From positions 34,720,001 through 34,784,000 of the forward strand of contig OZ024759.1 in the NCBI GenBank assembly GCA_964016885.1: a stretch of 64,000 nucleotides of DNA, in the 5' to 3' direction. A program made the translations under genes and the position numbers. The notes under the pieces are model-generated. The model had not been told where the DNA came from. It did no database searches and saw only the letters and a list, made by a program, of their open reading frames with translations. This DNA comes from Eledone cirrhosa. Lineage: Eukaryota. The first letter of the stretch is position 1. Each line of letters opens with the position of its first letter. Below, piece after piece: positions 13,200 through 27,654 of the stretch.

Positions 13200-13890
13200 A
13201 CTATTACATTACACCACCATACTACTACACCGCCACACCATTATATCACTAAACTACTACACCACTACACCTACACAACACCACTACACCACTACACCAC
13301 TTCACTAATACATATCACCACCACACCACTACACCACCACAACATTATACCACCACACCACCACACCACTACACCCCTTCGTTAATACACACCACTACAC
13401 CACTACACCACTACATCTCTTCACTAATACATATCACCACCACCACACCACTACACCACCACAACATTATACCACCACACCACCACACCACTATACCCCT
13501 TCGCTAATACACACCACCACAACCACACCACCACTACACCACCTCACCATTTTACCACCACACCACTACACCCCTTCGTTAATACACACCACTACACCAC
13601 TACACCACTACATCTCTTCACTAATACATATCACCACCACCACACCACTACACCACCACAACATTATACCACCACACCACCACACCACCACACCACTATA
13701 CCTCTTCGCTAATACACACCACCACAACCACACCACCACTACACCACCTCACCATTTTACCACCACACCACTACATCCCTTCGTTAATACACACCGCCAC
13801 CACTACACCACTACACCACTACACCACTACACCAAACTATTTACACCATCACCAACACCACCACCGTCACCCCCACTACCACCACCACCA
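13200..13890. repeat. (CACCA/CTACA)n pentamer satellite with higher-order duplication
   Basis: Repeated ttcactaatacatatcacc and ttcgttaatacac blocks. Confidence 0.88.
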
Positions 13891-14796
13891 CCATGATCAT
13901 CATCATGTACTTATAGTTTTAGTATAGTTTCATAACTAACCTACACATGTCTCATTCCCAAACTTCAATAATCTTATATTGCCTCAAGCTAGATTATTCC
14001 ACTATTTCCTATCCCACTATACCTTCATTCTATTATCCTAACAATCTATTATTCTGCCATTCTGCCATTCTGTCATTCTGATATTCTATAGAATATCTTA
14101 TCACAAGGTGAGTGGAATCCACGTTTTTACCCTTCAAATATTTTCAAATATATTTAAATATTGGAAAACTCATTGTCGTTTAATTTGTGATGGGTTTACC
14201 GTGGGTGTCGGGGAGTTTATTGAAGTGGGGTCGATGAGGGTGGTGGTGGTGGTGGTGGTGGTAGGGATGATTGTGGTGGTGGTGGTGGTGGTGGTAGGGA
14301 TGATGGTGGTGGTGGTGGTGGTGGTGGTATGTTGTTGTTGATGGTAGTGGTAGGGATGATGGTGGTGGTAGGGATGGTGGTGGTGGTGGTGGTATGTTGT
14401 TGTTGATGGTGGTGGTGGTGGTGGTGGTATGTTGTTGTTGATGGTAGTGGTGGTGGTGGTATGTTGTTGTTGGTGGTGGTGGTGGTGGTGGTATGTTGTT
14501 GTTGATGGTAGTGGTGGTGGTGGTATGTTGTTGTTGATGGTGGTGGTGGTGGTGATGATGGTGGTGCATATAACGGTGGTTCGGGGTGGTATGTTGTTAT
14601 TCTTCGTGGTGGTGTTGATTTCATAGTTGCTGTTGTTATTGTTGTTGTTGTAGTTAGTTGGAATGTTGATGGTGGTGGCGGTGGCGGTGGTATGTTGTTG
14701 TTGGTGGTGGTGGTGGTGGTACCTGGAGAGGTCGTTTGGGGTGGTATGTTGTTTTTGTTGGTGGATTAAATCCTCATCACTATATTCAATATGGTG

Positions 14797-14866
14797 TTGA
14801 CACTCTACTAATGTATTGAGTACTTTATTAACTGCTGTTACCCCCGATTGAACCCGGGATCTACAC
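14797..14866 (+). mobile_element. 3' tail fragment of the 6169-6467 Penelope-like family
   Basis: atgtattgagtac...gttaccccc...gattgaacc matches 6411-6460. Confidence 0.55.
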
Positions 14867-14921
14867 ATCACTTAGCTCATAACCGTATAACCGTGCCCTC
14901 TATAACCATTGACGAGTAACG

Positions 14922-14979
<58 letters not shown>

Positions 14980-14984
14980 GATGA

Positions 14985-15510
14985 TGGCTGCCCCCTCGTT
15001 ATCGAGTATGGCCATTGCGCGGTATACCATTATTAATAATTATTAATTAATTCCATCGTGCAATGCCTGTGCGTGAAGATATTAGATATTTTTTAAAGTG
15101 AGGAAAAACTGTGCACTGAGCCAATCCCACTCCCTGAGCGACAGTAGCTATAACCCGAAAAGAAGAAAAGATCAACTCTCCTAGAAGAAAGCCCTGACAA
15201 AGGCTATGGGTCCTTCACTCCCAGTGGTTTAACCGCGCGATCGGGTGCCCAGCCGGACTATTTCTATGTCCCCGCGCATATACATACACATGCACCCATG
15301 TATATACACATATACATATATATACATATGTACATGTGTATATACATATTTTGGATGGCCGTATATACACTTTTGGATGGCCGTTGACTCTTATGAGTTC
15401 TTCCGTCCTTTGTCAGGTTTTGTTTTTTGTCCTGCAGTGTGTCCAAAATCAACCCCCTCCCCAAGTAAACTTGGTGGGGTTGCCGGTTTAGTCGCCGATG
15501 ACCCGACCAT
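14985..15510 (-). mobile_element. Interspersed repeat, possibly RTE-related non-autonomous element, split by a TA/CA run
   Basis: 15371-15510 and 15178-15206 are reverse-complement matches to parts of 25252-25442; RTE assignment is from memory. Confidence 0.6.
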
Positions 15511-16499
15511 ACATACATATATATATGAGTGTGTTCTCTTATTAATTCTGGCAATATTATTACACAAATATGACCCTCCCCAAGTATAACAATATATATA
15601 TATAATAGTAAACTTTGTAAAATCTGAAATTCGCAGAGATGAAAACTTCTTTAGTTTTTGTATTTTGCTTATACAATTTATGTTTTGTTCTTTTTTTTTT
15701 GCTTATATTTTTGTGTAATTTGAAGAAATTATAACATTGGGTGAGACTTTAGCAATCTCAACCAATCGTAGAATTGACTATTAAAAGAGGACTAATTTTA
15801 TTCCTTATTTTCTTTATTTTATTTTCAGTCGATAACAATCTGGAATCGACCCCGAAAAAAATTTGAAAATTCGAAAACTGAAACAAAATATATCAATATA
15901 TATTTAAATATATATAAAAATATATATATAAATATATATATATTAAAAAAATCCTACATATTTCATTTTATATCGACCCCCTCGACTGGTTATATACTAC
16001 AGTTTACCAGTATTGAACCCGGGTCTAACAAAACCAAATCATTGCTTCATCACATAATTTGTCTGTCGTTGTCAATATCTGTTTGAAACACTGACACACA
16101 AGACCAGCCATTTTGTAAGTACATATTTCTATTTTGTTTTATATCTATCCAACTTCATAATGTATATTTACCATATTTTAAAAATATTTACTAATTTGAA
16201 CATTTGTTGTTGCTGTTATTGAATGGCTGTCTGGGCGTGAGTCTGTAGTATTGTGGGGGGTGGGGTCACTTGCCCTAGCGGTCAGTGTGACCGTAGCTTT
16301 TGTAAGTAGAGAATTTTTGTTTTTAACATATATTTACCATATTTTTACCATATTTTTAGAAATATTTACCAATTTGAACATTTGTTGTTGTTATTATTAT
16401 TATTCTGCGTGAATGGGTCTGCTCCGAGTATGCGCCCGTAGATTGGAGTAGAAAAATTGGGAGGGGGCACTTTACCCTAGCGGACGACCGTGACTTTTG

Positions 16500-16700
16500 T
16501 GGGATTTCTACACGAGTGCCCCAGAGTCTCCTCACCTTTGGGGAATTTGTTATGTTTGTTTTAAATGTTTGTTTTCTTAGTCTCTTTTATAAATTTTATT
16601 GTACACAAAAACACCCACACTCTATCGTCCTGTACTGTCTTTAATGTCTCCTTAATGTGCGCCCTGTGAGGCTAATAAAGAAAGCATTATTATTATTATT
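16500..16700 (+). mobile_element. L1/Tx1-like LINE 3' end
   Basis: Ends ccctgtgaggctaataaagaaa + (att)n; similar to the ends at ~51865 and ~52442 on the minus strand. Confidence 0.5.
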
Positions 16701-16974
16701 GGCCTTGTGCCAAACGTAGAAACTGTTATTATTGGTCTGTTCGGACGTCTTTTTGCTCGCTCCCTGTAAGTCGCTTTATTTACCTGTTATAATTATTTGT
16801 TGTTTAATTTTTCTTGTTGTATAAGGAATATAAGCCCTTGGTCTTTGCCCTGTGAAGGGGAAAGTATAATATTTAGGACTTTTGGCCCAAATATTTGAAT
16901 AATATTTGAACATTTTACTTTTTAAAAAAAAATGTTTTAAACATGGCTGAGCCACGCCCCCCAGCAATATGTCT

Positions 16975-17165
16975 GCTCGAACCCGAGCAGATGTGTACGG
17001 CTTTTCAACAGCACTTTGCTCAATTGTTCGGGAGCGGCGGCGGCGGGCCGGATCGGAGTATGGACTTCGGTGCATGCCTCGACGGACTGCTGCGCCTCTC
17101 GACGACCGCAGCGCAGTGCTGCGAAAAGCCGATAACAGCAGGTGAAATACGGGAAGCGATGTCTG
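16975..17165 (+). mobile_element. L1/Tx1 ORF2 fragment (linker upstream of the RT domain)
   Basis: LEPEQMCTAFQQHFAQLF...LDGLLRLSTTAAQCCEKPITAGEIREAM fits the F..LF / L..LS....CE.PIT..EI..A pattern that precedes the SPGxDG motif. Confidence 0.75.
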
Positions 17166-17166
17166 A

Positions 17167-17325
17167 CGACGCCATGCTTTGCAGCATAGATTTATCGCCC
17201 TTTTCATTATGAGTTCAAATCCCGCCGAGGTTAGCTTTGCCTGTCATTCTGACGGGGTCAATAAAATAAAGTACCAGTAATACACTGGTGTAATTACTGG
17301 CCTTGTGCCAAAAGTAGAAACAATT
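17167..17325 (+). mobile_element. 5'-truncated tRNA-SINE (same family as 5818)
   Basis: gagttcaaatcccgccgaggtt...ggccttgtgccaaaagtagaaac. Confidence 0.88.
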
Positions 17326-17580
17326 ATATATTATATCATATACTCCAGTTATGTATTTCGACTAACGACTTTCTTAGAGAAAATTACACCGTTTGTCTAA
17401 CAACCACAACAACAACACCAACCACAACATCAACAAGAAATAGAAAGGGGGCGGAGTAGATGAAACTGATGGTGATGGTGATGATTATGGTGATGATGAT
17501 TATGGTGATATGTATTTGTATATATATTGTATTATATTGTGTATGTATTTGTATATATATTTGTATATATATATATACCG

Positions 17581-17631
17581 GGCTGTCTGATGATTTCTCC
17601 CGAATGAAACAGTTCTAGTCCTGTAGAAGCC
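17581..17631 (+). ncRNA. Hammerhead ribozyme motif (third copy of the 6331 family)
   Basis: ggctgt-CTGATGA-tttctcccgaat-GAAACAG-ttctagtc-CTGTA-gaagcc; one stem I mismatch; flanked by TA runs. Confidence 0.65.
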
Positions 17632-17738
<107 letters not shown>

Positions 17739-17758
17739 TATATATATATATATATATA

Positions 17759-17938
17759 TTGGCAGTATTGGTGGAGGGTCGGACGCCATGCTTTGAAGCA
17801 TGGAGTTACGTCCCTTTACGATCTGAGTTCAAATCCCGCCGAGGTTGACTTTGCCTTTCATCCTTACGGGGTCGATAAAATAAAGTACCAGTAATGCACT
17901 GGGTCATTGCTGGCCTTGTGCCTAAAGTAGAAACAATT
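17759..17938 (+). mobile_element. tRNA-SINE followed by an 18-bp (GAT)-based repeat
   Basis: tggcagtattgg A box, gagttcaaatcc B box, family 3' end. Confidence 0.92.
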
Positions 17939-18667
17939 ATGGTGATGATGATAACGATGATGATGGTGATAACGATGATGATGGTGATAACGATGATGAT
18001 GGTGATAACGATGATGATGGTGATAACGATGATGATGGTGATAACGATGATGATGATGATAACGATGATGATGGTGATGAGGAGGAGGTAACTGAAGTGA
18101 AACTTTTATCATGTCGAGTGAAATGATACCTCATTAGAATTTATAAATCTTGCTTAGGGGATTGATTCTTCGCTAGTAAATGACAATTTAATGCTTTATA
18201 AATAGGAAATTAAATTAATATCGAAAACTGGATTCGCCGTATATTTGAAGATGATTATATTTACACTGTTTATTTTGATACTTATTAAATTGTGAATTCT
18301 CCAATAGAAATAATCGATCTGTTTATTGTCTTTACGGAGGCTATTCTTCTTGTGGCTAGATCGAATTATAGTCTGACCTTGATAAGCACTTCGATTTGCA
18401 AGAATTTGACAGAAGAATTTGTCCATTTAAGCTAAAGTTAATTTTTCATTTTCATTTAGGTGTTCATTTGCTCGTAAGAATGTTTGATGGTAATCTTTGC
18501 CCCCAACGCCACCCCACCCCCGCGCTTCCACCACCCCACCCATTCTTAAGATAATTACCGATATTTCTCAGCCATTAACTTCTCATATTAAGGTGTTCTA
18601 AGTTCAAATAATATCGAGGTCATCTTTACCTTTCTTTCATCTTAGATAAAATAAATCACCAATAATT

Positions 18668-19048
18668 TTGTTATACTTGGGGAGGGTCATATTGTTGTAA
18701 TAATATTGCCAGAAATAATAACAGAACACACACACTGTTTGGTTGGTTTTCGCTTCTGTATCTTTTATATCTCCATAGTTAATTTATTTGGCAATACAAT
18801 GGGAGGAAACATAATAGAACCACTGATGATATCACAGATGTGCAACGAAAGAACTTTGATAGACTATATATATATATATATCTGTATTTTTAACCGTTGG
18901 TCAATCAATGATAAACGTTGATTGCCAAATAAATTAACTATGGAGATATAAGAGATACAGAAGCGAAAACCAACCAAACAGTGAGTGTGTTCTGTTATTA
19001 TTTCTGGCAATATTATTACAACATTATGACCCTCCCCAAGTATAACAA
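18668..19048. mobile_element. Foldback element with ~128-bp inverted arms (MITE or Penelope-type inverted ends)
   Basis: 18668-18795 is reverse complement of 18921-19048 with few mismatches; solo copy of the arm end at 15526-15592. Confidence 0.8.
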
Positions 19049-20196
19049 TATTTGTTTCGACACACGATTTCATATCAAAAACCTTGCAAAACAAAAACCA
19101 ATAATTTTAATTTAGATATATTTCAGTATATGAATGCTTGACAATCCACTCTTAAGAAAATTACCAATATATCCCCTACCCCACCACCACCACTTCTCCC
19201 AACACTAATCACTGGTACGCATTCAGAGTTCAAATCCTTGCCAGGTGAAGCAACTATGCTAAAACTTCGAAGTCACTGTTACTTTTCTCTTCAGAAAAAA
19301 ATTATTTATGTATATATATATATATATGTATGTGTTTGTGTACATGTCTATATATATATGTGTATGTGTCTGTATATATATATATATATATGTGTGTATG
19401 TGTTTGTGTACATGTCTATATATATATATATGTGTGTATGTGTCTGAATATATATATATGTGTGTGTATGTGTCTGTATATATATATATGTGTGTGTGCG
19501 TTTGTGTACATGTCTATATATATATATATATGTGTGTATGTGTCTGAATATATATATATGTGTGTGTATGTGTACATGTCTATATATATATGTGTGTGTA
19601 TGTGTCTGTATATATATATATATGTGTGTGTATGTGTCTGTATATATATATATATGTGTGTGTATATGTGTCTTTATATGTGTGTGTGGATAATGACTGA
19701 ATTCAATTGTCTTTATATTTCAAAGCTAAGAATCTGTTACTGTGTAGTATTGTATAGTGGGAGGGGGAGATACTGAAGATAGAGGAGTAGACTATAGTAG
19801 GAGGGGGGTAGACTATAATGGGAAGGGGAGTAGACTATAGTGGGAGGGGGTAGTAGTCTATAGTAGGAGGGGGTAGGATGGTGGTGAAGGATGGAAGATG
19901 TGGGAGGAGGTGGTGGTAGTGGAATTGTTCGTCTTCTTCGTCCCCATTGTTTTACTGTTAGTTTAGGCGGTGGTGGCGCAGGCGGTGGTAAAGGCGGTGG
20001 TGGCGCAGGTAGTGGTGGTGGCGGTGGTGGCGCAGGCGGTGGTAAAGGCGGTGGTGGTGCAGGTAGTGGTGGTGGCGGTGGTGGCGCAGGCGGTGGTGGT
20101 GGAAGAAATGTCTCTCTCTCTCCCTATCTATCTCTGTTTCTGTGTGTGAGACTATCTCACGTTCTCTCTCTGTCTATCTCTGTCTCTTTGTGCATG

Positions 20197-20238
<42 letters not shown>

Positions 20239-20374
20239 CTCTATCTATCTATCTGTGGAGTCTGTGATGTAATTAGCTGAGCTTCTCTGCTGGAATCATT
20301 GAAGCATTATTAAAACACGAACTACAGAATTAGAGATTTGACAGAACTGAAGAATTGACACAAGTTTGGTAACG

Positions 20375-20610
20375 ACAGAAGAAGAAGACAGAAGAAGAAG
20401 AAGACAGAAGAAGGAGAAGAAGAAGAAGAAGACACGAGAAGAAGGCAGGAGAAGAAGACAGGAGAAGAAGACAGAAGAAGACAGAAGAAGAAGAAGGAGA
20501 AGAAGAAGAAGAAGAAAGAAGAAGAAAAGAGAAGACAGGCGGAGGAGGAGGAGAAGACAGGCGGAGGAGGAGGAGAAGACAGGGAGAGAAGAAGGCAGAT
20601 GGAAAAGAAG
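20375..20610. repeat. (GAA)n polypurine repeat
   Basis: gaagaagacagaag runs. Confidence 0.85.
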
Positions 20611-21191
20611 ATTTTTAGAAACCAAACGAAAACAAAAACAAAAATTCTTAGAAAAATAACAACAAACGGCAAAACAAACAAAATATATTGAAAGAAGACA
20701 GAAAACAAAATGGCGGTATTTTATTGCTGAACAGTAGTATAGAATAATGAAAGTGATGTTGTTGTTACTGTTGTTGTAGTTTAATTACTAAAATAATAAA
20801 CAGGAAGAGAGAAAGGGAGGGAGAGAAGGAAGATAAGATAATGATGAGGGGGATGGGGGTGGAAGTAGGAGGGGTTGAGGGGTAGGTGAGGGGGGGATTT
20901 GAAGTAATGACTTATTGAGTGACACATTGACTCAGTTGTCTGAAAAGAGTGGCGGGGGCGGCGGCGAGGAGGGTTAGGGAGAGAGGGGTGGTTTGGTGGT
21001 GAGTTTGTGTAGATGAATGTGGTTTGGATTTGGAAGGTGGAGGTGAGGGTGAGGTAGTGTGTAGTGGAATGTGGGTATAGTTTTGTGTGCGGGTTGGGAG
21101 GTGGGATGGCAGGTTGTGGGTTGTTTTGAGTGTGGTTAACTATTGTATTATCTAGGATGGATTTTATATAGTCATGTGTTGGGGTGGATGT

Positions 21192-21500
21192 CTTCTTCTT
21201 CTTCTTCTTCACCCACCTATTCCTGAAAGGGTCATGGGGGGGGGGGGGGGGCAGAGTCCTCAAACACTCCTTCCAGAGGGTCCTGTCAAAAGCAACTGTC
21301 TCCAACTGATCCGGCTGGATCCCCAAATGAGACCAGCCAAGCTCATGGATGTTATCCAACCATCTTGTTTAGGGGTCTACCCTTAGCTCTTTTGCCGGTT
21401 GGTTTTGCCAGTAAAATCTGTCCAGTGATTCCTCCCTGAGACATTCTAACCACATGTCCGTAGTATCAGAGCTGTGGTCTCTCAATTTGGAGAAGGAGTG
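21192..21500 (-). mobile_element. RTE-clade LINE 3' fragment (decayed)
   Basis: Minus strand LLQIERPQL*YYGHVVRM...KPTGKRAKGRP, frameshift, WLDNIHELGWSHLGIQPDQLETVAFDRTLWKECL; (GAA)n tail. Confidence 0.85.
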
Positions 21501-22019
21501 TAAACTTAAATTGTGTATCTAGAATGGGAGATGTTTCATTTTGTATGTTGAGAGATGATGTATGATATAATTGATATATGTAGGATGTCGTGTGTGTATT
21601 TGTGATATTGGAGGATATTTTTGAGCCCCTAGCATTTGACTGGTACTGTATTTATTTATCTATCGTCTGTGAATATAAAGAAAAGAGAGGTTTAAGTGGA
21701 TTTATAAAGATTTCAAGATTGGTGAACGTAGAAAGAGAACAGTAAAAAGAAATGACCCAATTACTGACCTCAGATAACAGTTAGTCCTAGATGTTGACCT
21801 TTCCTCCATTTTTGAACTTCTCACTTTCATTTTCCGTTGTCGTTACTTGTCTCTACTCCTTAGCACCCCTCCCCTGCTCTCCTTCTCCTCCTCCTCTCCC
21901 CCTCCCCCTCTCTTCCTCCTTCGCCCACACCCCCTCACCAATCTCTATTATCTTTCACGTCTTCACTGGAGTTTCTTTCAAATTAGCCTTTTGTACATAT
22001 CCGACAGGAAGCAGCATAA

Positions 22020-22061
<42 letters not shown>

Positions 22062-22203
22062 ATAAATATATATATGCATGCATATATCATAGATGAATAC
22101 ACACACACACATGTATATATATATATGTGTGTCTATATATAGAGAGATATAGAAGGAGAGACGTATATAGATATGTATATGTACATAGATGCATATACAT
22201 GGT

Positions 22204-22238
<35 letters not shown>

Positions 22239-22291
22239 GTATGTATATATTATATATATATATAGAGAGAGACGCATATGCACATATGGAG

Positions 22292-22356
<65 letters not shown>

Positions 22357-22379
22357 TCACATTCATATTTAAGTTGATT

Positions 22380-22530
22380 TCGTTTTCACTCGCTTCACAC
22401 AGGAAATAACATGGCAAACTTGTGTTAGCAAGTTCAATTGGGAAAGAAATTAAACCACCGGAAGCCAGTAGCGAAGAAGACAATTGAAGAACCGGAAGTA
22501 TTGTGGATAATGGCGTCTTAGTTCACGTTT
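22380..22530. promoter_or_regulatory. Promoter/enhancer-like island with ETS- and YY1-like motifs
   Basis: acaggaaat, accggaagc (22457), accggaagt (22491), aatggcgt (22509) within ~130 bp of non-repetitive DNA. Confidence 0.35.
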
Positions 22531-22712
22531 AAACTTTGCCGCAGTTAATCATAAAGTCGTTTCATATGAGAAGAAATCCATTCTCTTGGGAAAAAAAGAA
22601 TAACGCATATGAGATTACGAATTAAAAGGAAAAACATAGTTTAGCTAGTGTGAAGCGATGGAAAATATTTCAATAATTCATAAATTTCTAGGAAATATAT
22701 GAAACATGAAGT

Positions 22713-22842
22713 TAGCTGGTCACGCTTGGGGATCCAGCCGAATCTGCTGGAGACGTTTGCTTCTGGCAGGACCTGCTGAAAGGAGTGTTTGAGGTCTCAG
22801 TCCCCACGACGCTCTTAAGAATAACCAGGCAAAGGAGAAGCA
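22713..22842 (+). mobile_element. RTE LINE extreme 3' fragment with (TAG)n tail
   Basis: SWSRLGIQPNLLETFASGRTC*KECLRS is homologous to the 21192-21500 C-terminus. Confidence 0.8.
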
Positions 22843-22859
22843 AGTAGTAGTAGTAGTAA

Positions 22860-22896
<37 letters not shown>

Positions 22897-23189
22897 CGTA
22901 GTAATGGTATAAGTAGTAGTAGTAGTAGTAGTAATGGTATAAGTAGTAGTAATGGTATAAGTAGTAGTAGTCGTAGTAGTAATGGTATAAGTAGTAGTCG
23001 TAGTAGTAGTAGTAATGGTAGTAGTGGTAGTAGTAATGGTATAAGTAGTAGTAGTAGTAGTAATGGTATAAGTAGTAGTAGTAGTAATGGTATAAGTAGT
23101 AGTAGTAGTAATGGTATAAGTAGTAGAAGCAACAATTATTAGAATAAGAAGAAGGGATATATGCGAAGACATTCCTAAGTTTGGTTCCC

Positions 23190-23467
23190 TGGAGTGGCAT
23201 TGTGGCCTTCAGCAAGACACTTTATTCTATTTCATCTTGTTCCAGTTCACACAGGTGGCAAAAATGAATTGTACCTGTGCTTGTTAATCAAAGAACCTCC
23301 AACCTGTCATGTCATGTCATGTCATACAATGTGTCACAGCGAATTAATCTCCTGCAGAACTACGTTAAGAATACACGTGCCTGTGTTTGGGGAATGTTCA
23401 ACCACTTAGGCATTAATCTCTGTTGATTGAACAACGAACACTCTCCGTTGATACCAACGGAGATCCG
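23190..23467 (+). mobile_element. Second SINE family, decayed
   Basis: gtggccttcagcaagacact...gaactacgttaagaatacacgtg...caacggagatcc resembles octopod SINE body/tail (from memory). Confidence 0.55.
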
Positions 23468-23529
<62 letters not shown>

Positions 23530-23567
23530 GTATGTATACATATATATATACAAGTTGTCCCCAAGAA

Positions 23568-23848
23568 ATATATATATATGTATGTATAGATATATATATA
23601 TGTATGTATATATATATGTATGTATATATATATATATGTATGTATATATATATATGTATGTATATATATATATGTATGTATATATATATATGTATGTATA
23701 TATATATATATGTATGTATATATATATATATGTATGTATATATATATATATGTATGTATATATATATATGTATGTATATATATATATGTATGTATATATA
23801 TATATATATGTATGTATATATATATATATGTATATATATATATGTATG

Positions 23849-23885
<37 letters not shown>

Positions 23886-24206
23886 GTATATATATATGTA
23901 TGTATGTATATATATATATGTATGTATATATATATATGTATGTATATATATATATGTATGTATATATATATATGTATGTATATATATATGTATGTATATA
24001 TATATATGTATGTATATATATATATGTATGTATATATATATATGTATGTATATATATATATGTATGTATATATATATGTATGTATATATATATATGTATG
24101 TATATATATATATGTATGTATATATATATATATGTATGTATATATATATATATGTATGTATGTATATATGTATGTATATATGTATGTATATATATATGTA
24201 TGTATG

Positions 24207-24240
<34 letters not shown>

Positions 24241-24314
24241 TGTATGTATATATGTATATATATATGTATGTATATATATATGTATGTATATATATATGTA
24301 TGTATATATATATG

Positions 24315-24345
<31 letters not shown>

Positions 24346-24406
24346 ATATATATGTATGTATATATATATGTATATATATATGTATATATATATATATATG
24401 TATATA

Positions 24407-24447
<41 letters not shown>

Positions 24448-24450
24448 ATA

Positions 24451-24489
<39 letters not shown>

Positions 24490-24530
24490 ATATATATGTA
24501 TGTATATATATATGTATGTATATATATATG

Positions 24531-24561
<31 letters not shown>

Positions 24562-24590
24562 ATATATATGTATGTATATATATATGTATG

Positions 24591-24623
<33 letters not shown>

Positions 24624-25182
24624 GTATGTATATATATATATATGTATATATATATGTATATATATATATATGTATATATATATGTATGTATATATATATG
24701 TATATATATATATGTATGTATATATATATGTATGTATATATATATGTATGTATATATATATGTATATATATATGTATGTATATATATATGTATGTATATA
24801 TATATGTATGTATATATATATGTATGTATATATATATGTATGTATATATATATGTATGTATATATATATATATGTATGTATATATATATATATGTATGTA
24901 TATATATATGTATGTATATATATATGTATGTATGTATGTATGTATATATGTATATATGTATGTATGTATATATGTATGTATATATATATGTATGTATATA
25001 TATATATATGTATGTATATATATATATGTATGTATATATATATATGTATGTATATATATATATGTATGTATATATATATATATGTATGTATATATATATA
25101 TGTATGTATGTATATATATATATGTATGTATATATATATATGTATGTATATATATATATGTATGTATATATATATGTATGTA

Positions 25183-25232
<50 letters not shown>
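23568..25232. repeat. ~1.7-kb (TA)n/(TATG)n microsatellite
   Basis: Direct inspection. Confidence 0.97.
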
Positions 25233-25233
<1 letters not shown>

Positions 25234-25234
25234 C

Positions 25235-25495
25235 CCAGTACAACCTGTCCCATGGTCGGGTCGTTGGCGACTAAACTGGCAAACCCACCAAGGTTTCCTG
25301 GTGAGGAGGGTGACTTTGGACATCCTGCAGGACTAAAAACAAAACCTGTCAAAGGGGTAAAGAAGCTCTTAAGAGTCAATGGCCATCCAAAATCACCGGG
25401 AGAGATTACCCCTTAGCCTTTGTCAAGGCAGAATTCTAGGAGAAGGAAAACTCTGATATAACACCTGCAACCCTGATGGTATCCAGTGATGTTGA
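25235..25495 (+). mobile_element. Interspersed repeat (same family as 14985-15510)
   Basis: Reverse-complement similarity to 15178-15510. Confidence 0.6.
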
Positions 25496-25831
25496 CTTGT
25501 TCTTCTTTTTGGTAAATATCATCTTGGTTAAGAGAGTGGGACTGGCTTTGTGCAGTGCCTTTGCTCACTATAAAAGCTTCACGGCACAGGCATTGCTTTA
25601 TATCTGGAGATCTCTCTGCACTTGTCGTCACATGGTACCATGGGCCCAGCACTATGTGTCAGTAATTGTCACAAGTGTAGTGTTTGTACCAGAGTTTTCA
25701 AGTCACTGGCTGGACTAAAAAGTCACACTCGTTCAGCGCATTGGTAGGGGTTCTCCTACATGGATATAAAGTAGTGGCCGTACTCGAAAACGAGTTGGCA
25801 GCCACCACATATATATATAAATATGTATGTA

Positions 25832-25889
<58 letters not shown>

Positions 25890-25947
25890 CATGTATATAT
25901 ATAGAGAGAGAGAGACAGAGAGAGAAGTGTGTGTATGTGTCCCGAAA

Positions 25948-26230
25948 GTGTGTAAATATATATTAGTATCATATACAGTTATATTTGTTCCAATGGAACT
26001 CTCCAGAAGACTTATCTCCCGCTTCCCAGTAATTCCGGTCACGTTGTATCTCGTCATGTGGGACGTTAACTCCAGTATTGCCTACAGCGAGAATATTGCC
26101 AATCCAATTTTAGATATAAACATATCAATATGTTTTCCTATATAAATAGAGTAATGACCTTTACTGTGTAGTGCACTGCTCATTGATATACATACACACA
26201 CACACATACATACATACATATATACATACA

Positions 26231-26262
<32 letters not shown>

Positions 26263-26270
26263 CACACACA

Positions 26271-26306
<36 letters not shown>

Positions 26307-26344
26307 CACACACATACATACATACATACACATACATACATACA

Positions 26345-26377
<33 letters not shown>

Positions 26378-26415
26378 GTATATACACACATATATATATA
26401 TACACACACACACAC

Positions 26416-26449
<34 letters not shown>

Positions 26450-26486
26450 GTATATATATGTATATATACACACACACACATATATG

Positions 26487-26533
<47 letters not shown>

Positions 26534-26539
26534 GTATAT

Positions 26540-26586
<47 letters not shown>

Positions 26587-26593
26587 CATATAT

Positions 26594-26624
<31 letters not shown>

Positions 26625-26683
26625 CACACACATATATATACACACACATATATATATACACACACTGACACACAGACACACAT

Positions 26684-26715
<32 letters not shown>

Positions 26716-27131
26716 GACTGTTGCCGTTTAGTGTACTGATACCTTTTCTATTATGCACCTAGCTAAGCATGTTGGGTGAGCTCATCTATGTGACATACAT
26801 ACACATACACACATATATATATGTGTGTATGTGTATATATATATATGTGTGTATATATATATATATGTGTGTATATATATATATATGTGTGTATATATAT
26901 ATATATGTGTGTATATATATATATATGTGTGTATATATATATATATGTGTGTATATATATATATATGTGTGTATATATATATATATGTGTGTATATATAT
27001 ATATATGTGTGTATATATATATATATGTGTGTATATATATATATATGTGTGTATATATATATATATGTGTGTATATATATATATATGTATGTATATATAT
27101 ATATATGTATGTATATATATATATATGTGTG

Positions 27132-27165
<34 letters not shown>

Positions 27166-27569
27166 TGTGTGTATATATATATATATGTGTGTATATATAT
27201 ATATATGTGTGTATATATATATATATGTGTGTATATATATATATATGTGTGTATATATATATATATGTGTGTATATATATATATGTGTGTATATATATAT
27301 ATGTGTGTATATATATATATATGTGTGTATATATATATATATGTGTGTATATATATATATATGTGTGTATATATATATATATATGTGTGTATATATATAT
27401 ATGTGTGTATATATATATATATATGTGTATATATATATATGTGTGTGTATATATATATATGTGTGTGTGTGTGTATGTATATATAACGAAGGAAATGTGG
27501 TAAGGAACCAGCTGGTCTACAACTAACCGTCGAAACGGTTTGAGCTCAGCCGTCGGGGTCCTACTCGTT

Positions 27570-27654
<85 letters not shown>

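Noticed and set aside
15829-15900. Strong acceptor-like tttattttattttcag
   Set aside because: Followed by AT-rich and TA sequence with no convincing frame or nearby donor
23360-25416. 600+ aa YI/YM-rich ORFs (also at 31.7-32.8, 47-48.5 and 50.4-51.8 kb)
   Set aside because: Translations of (TA)n/(TATG)n microsatellites, open in several frames on both strands
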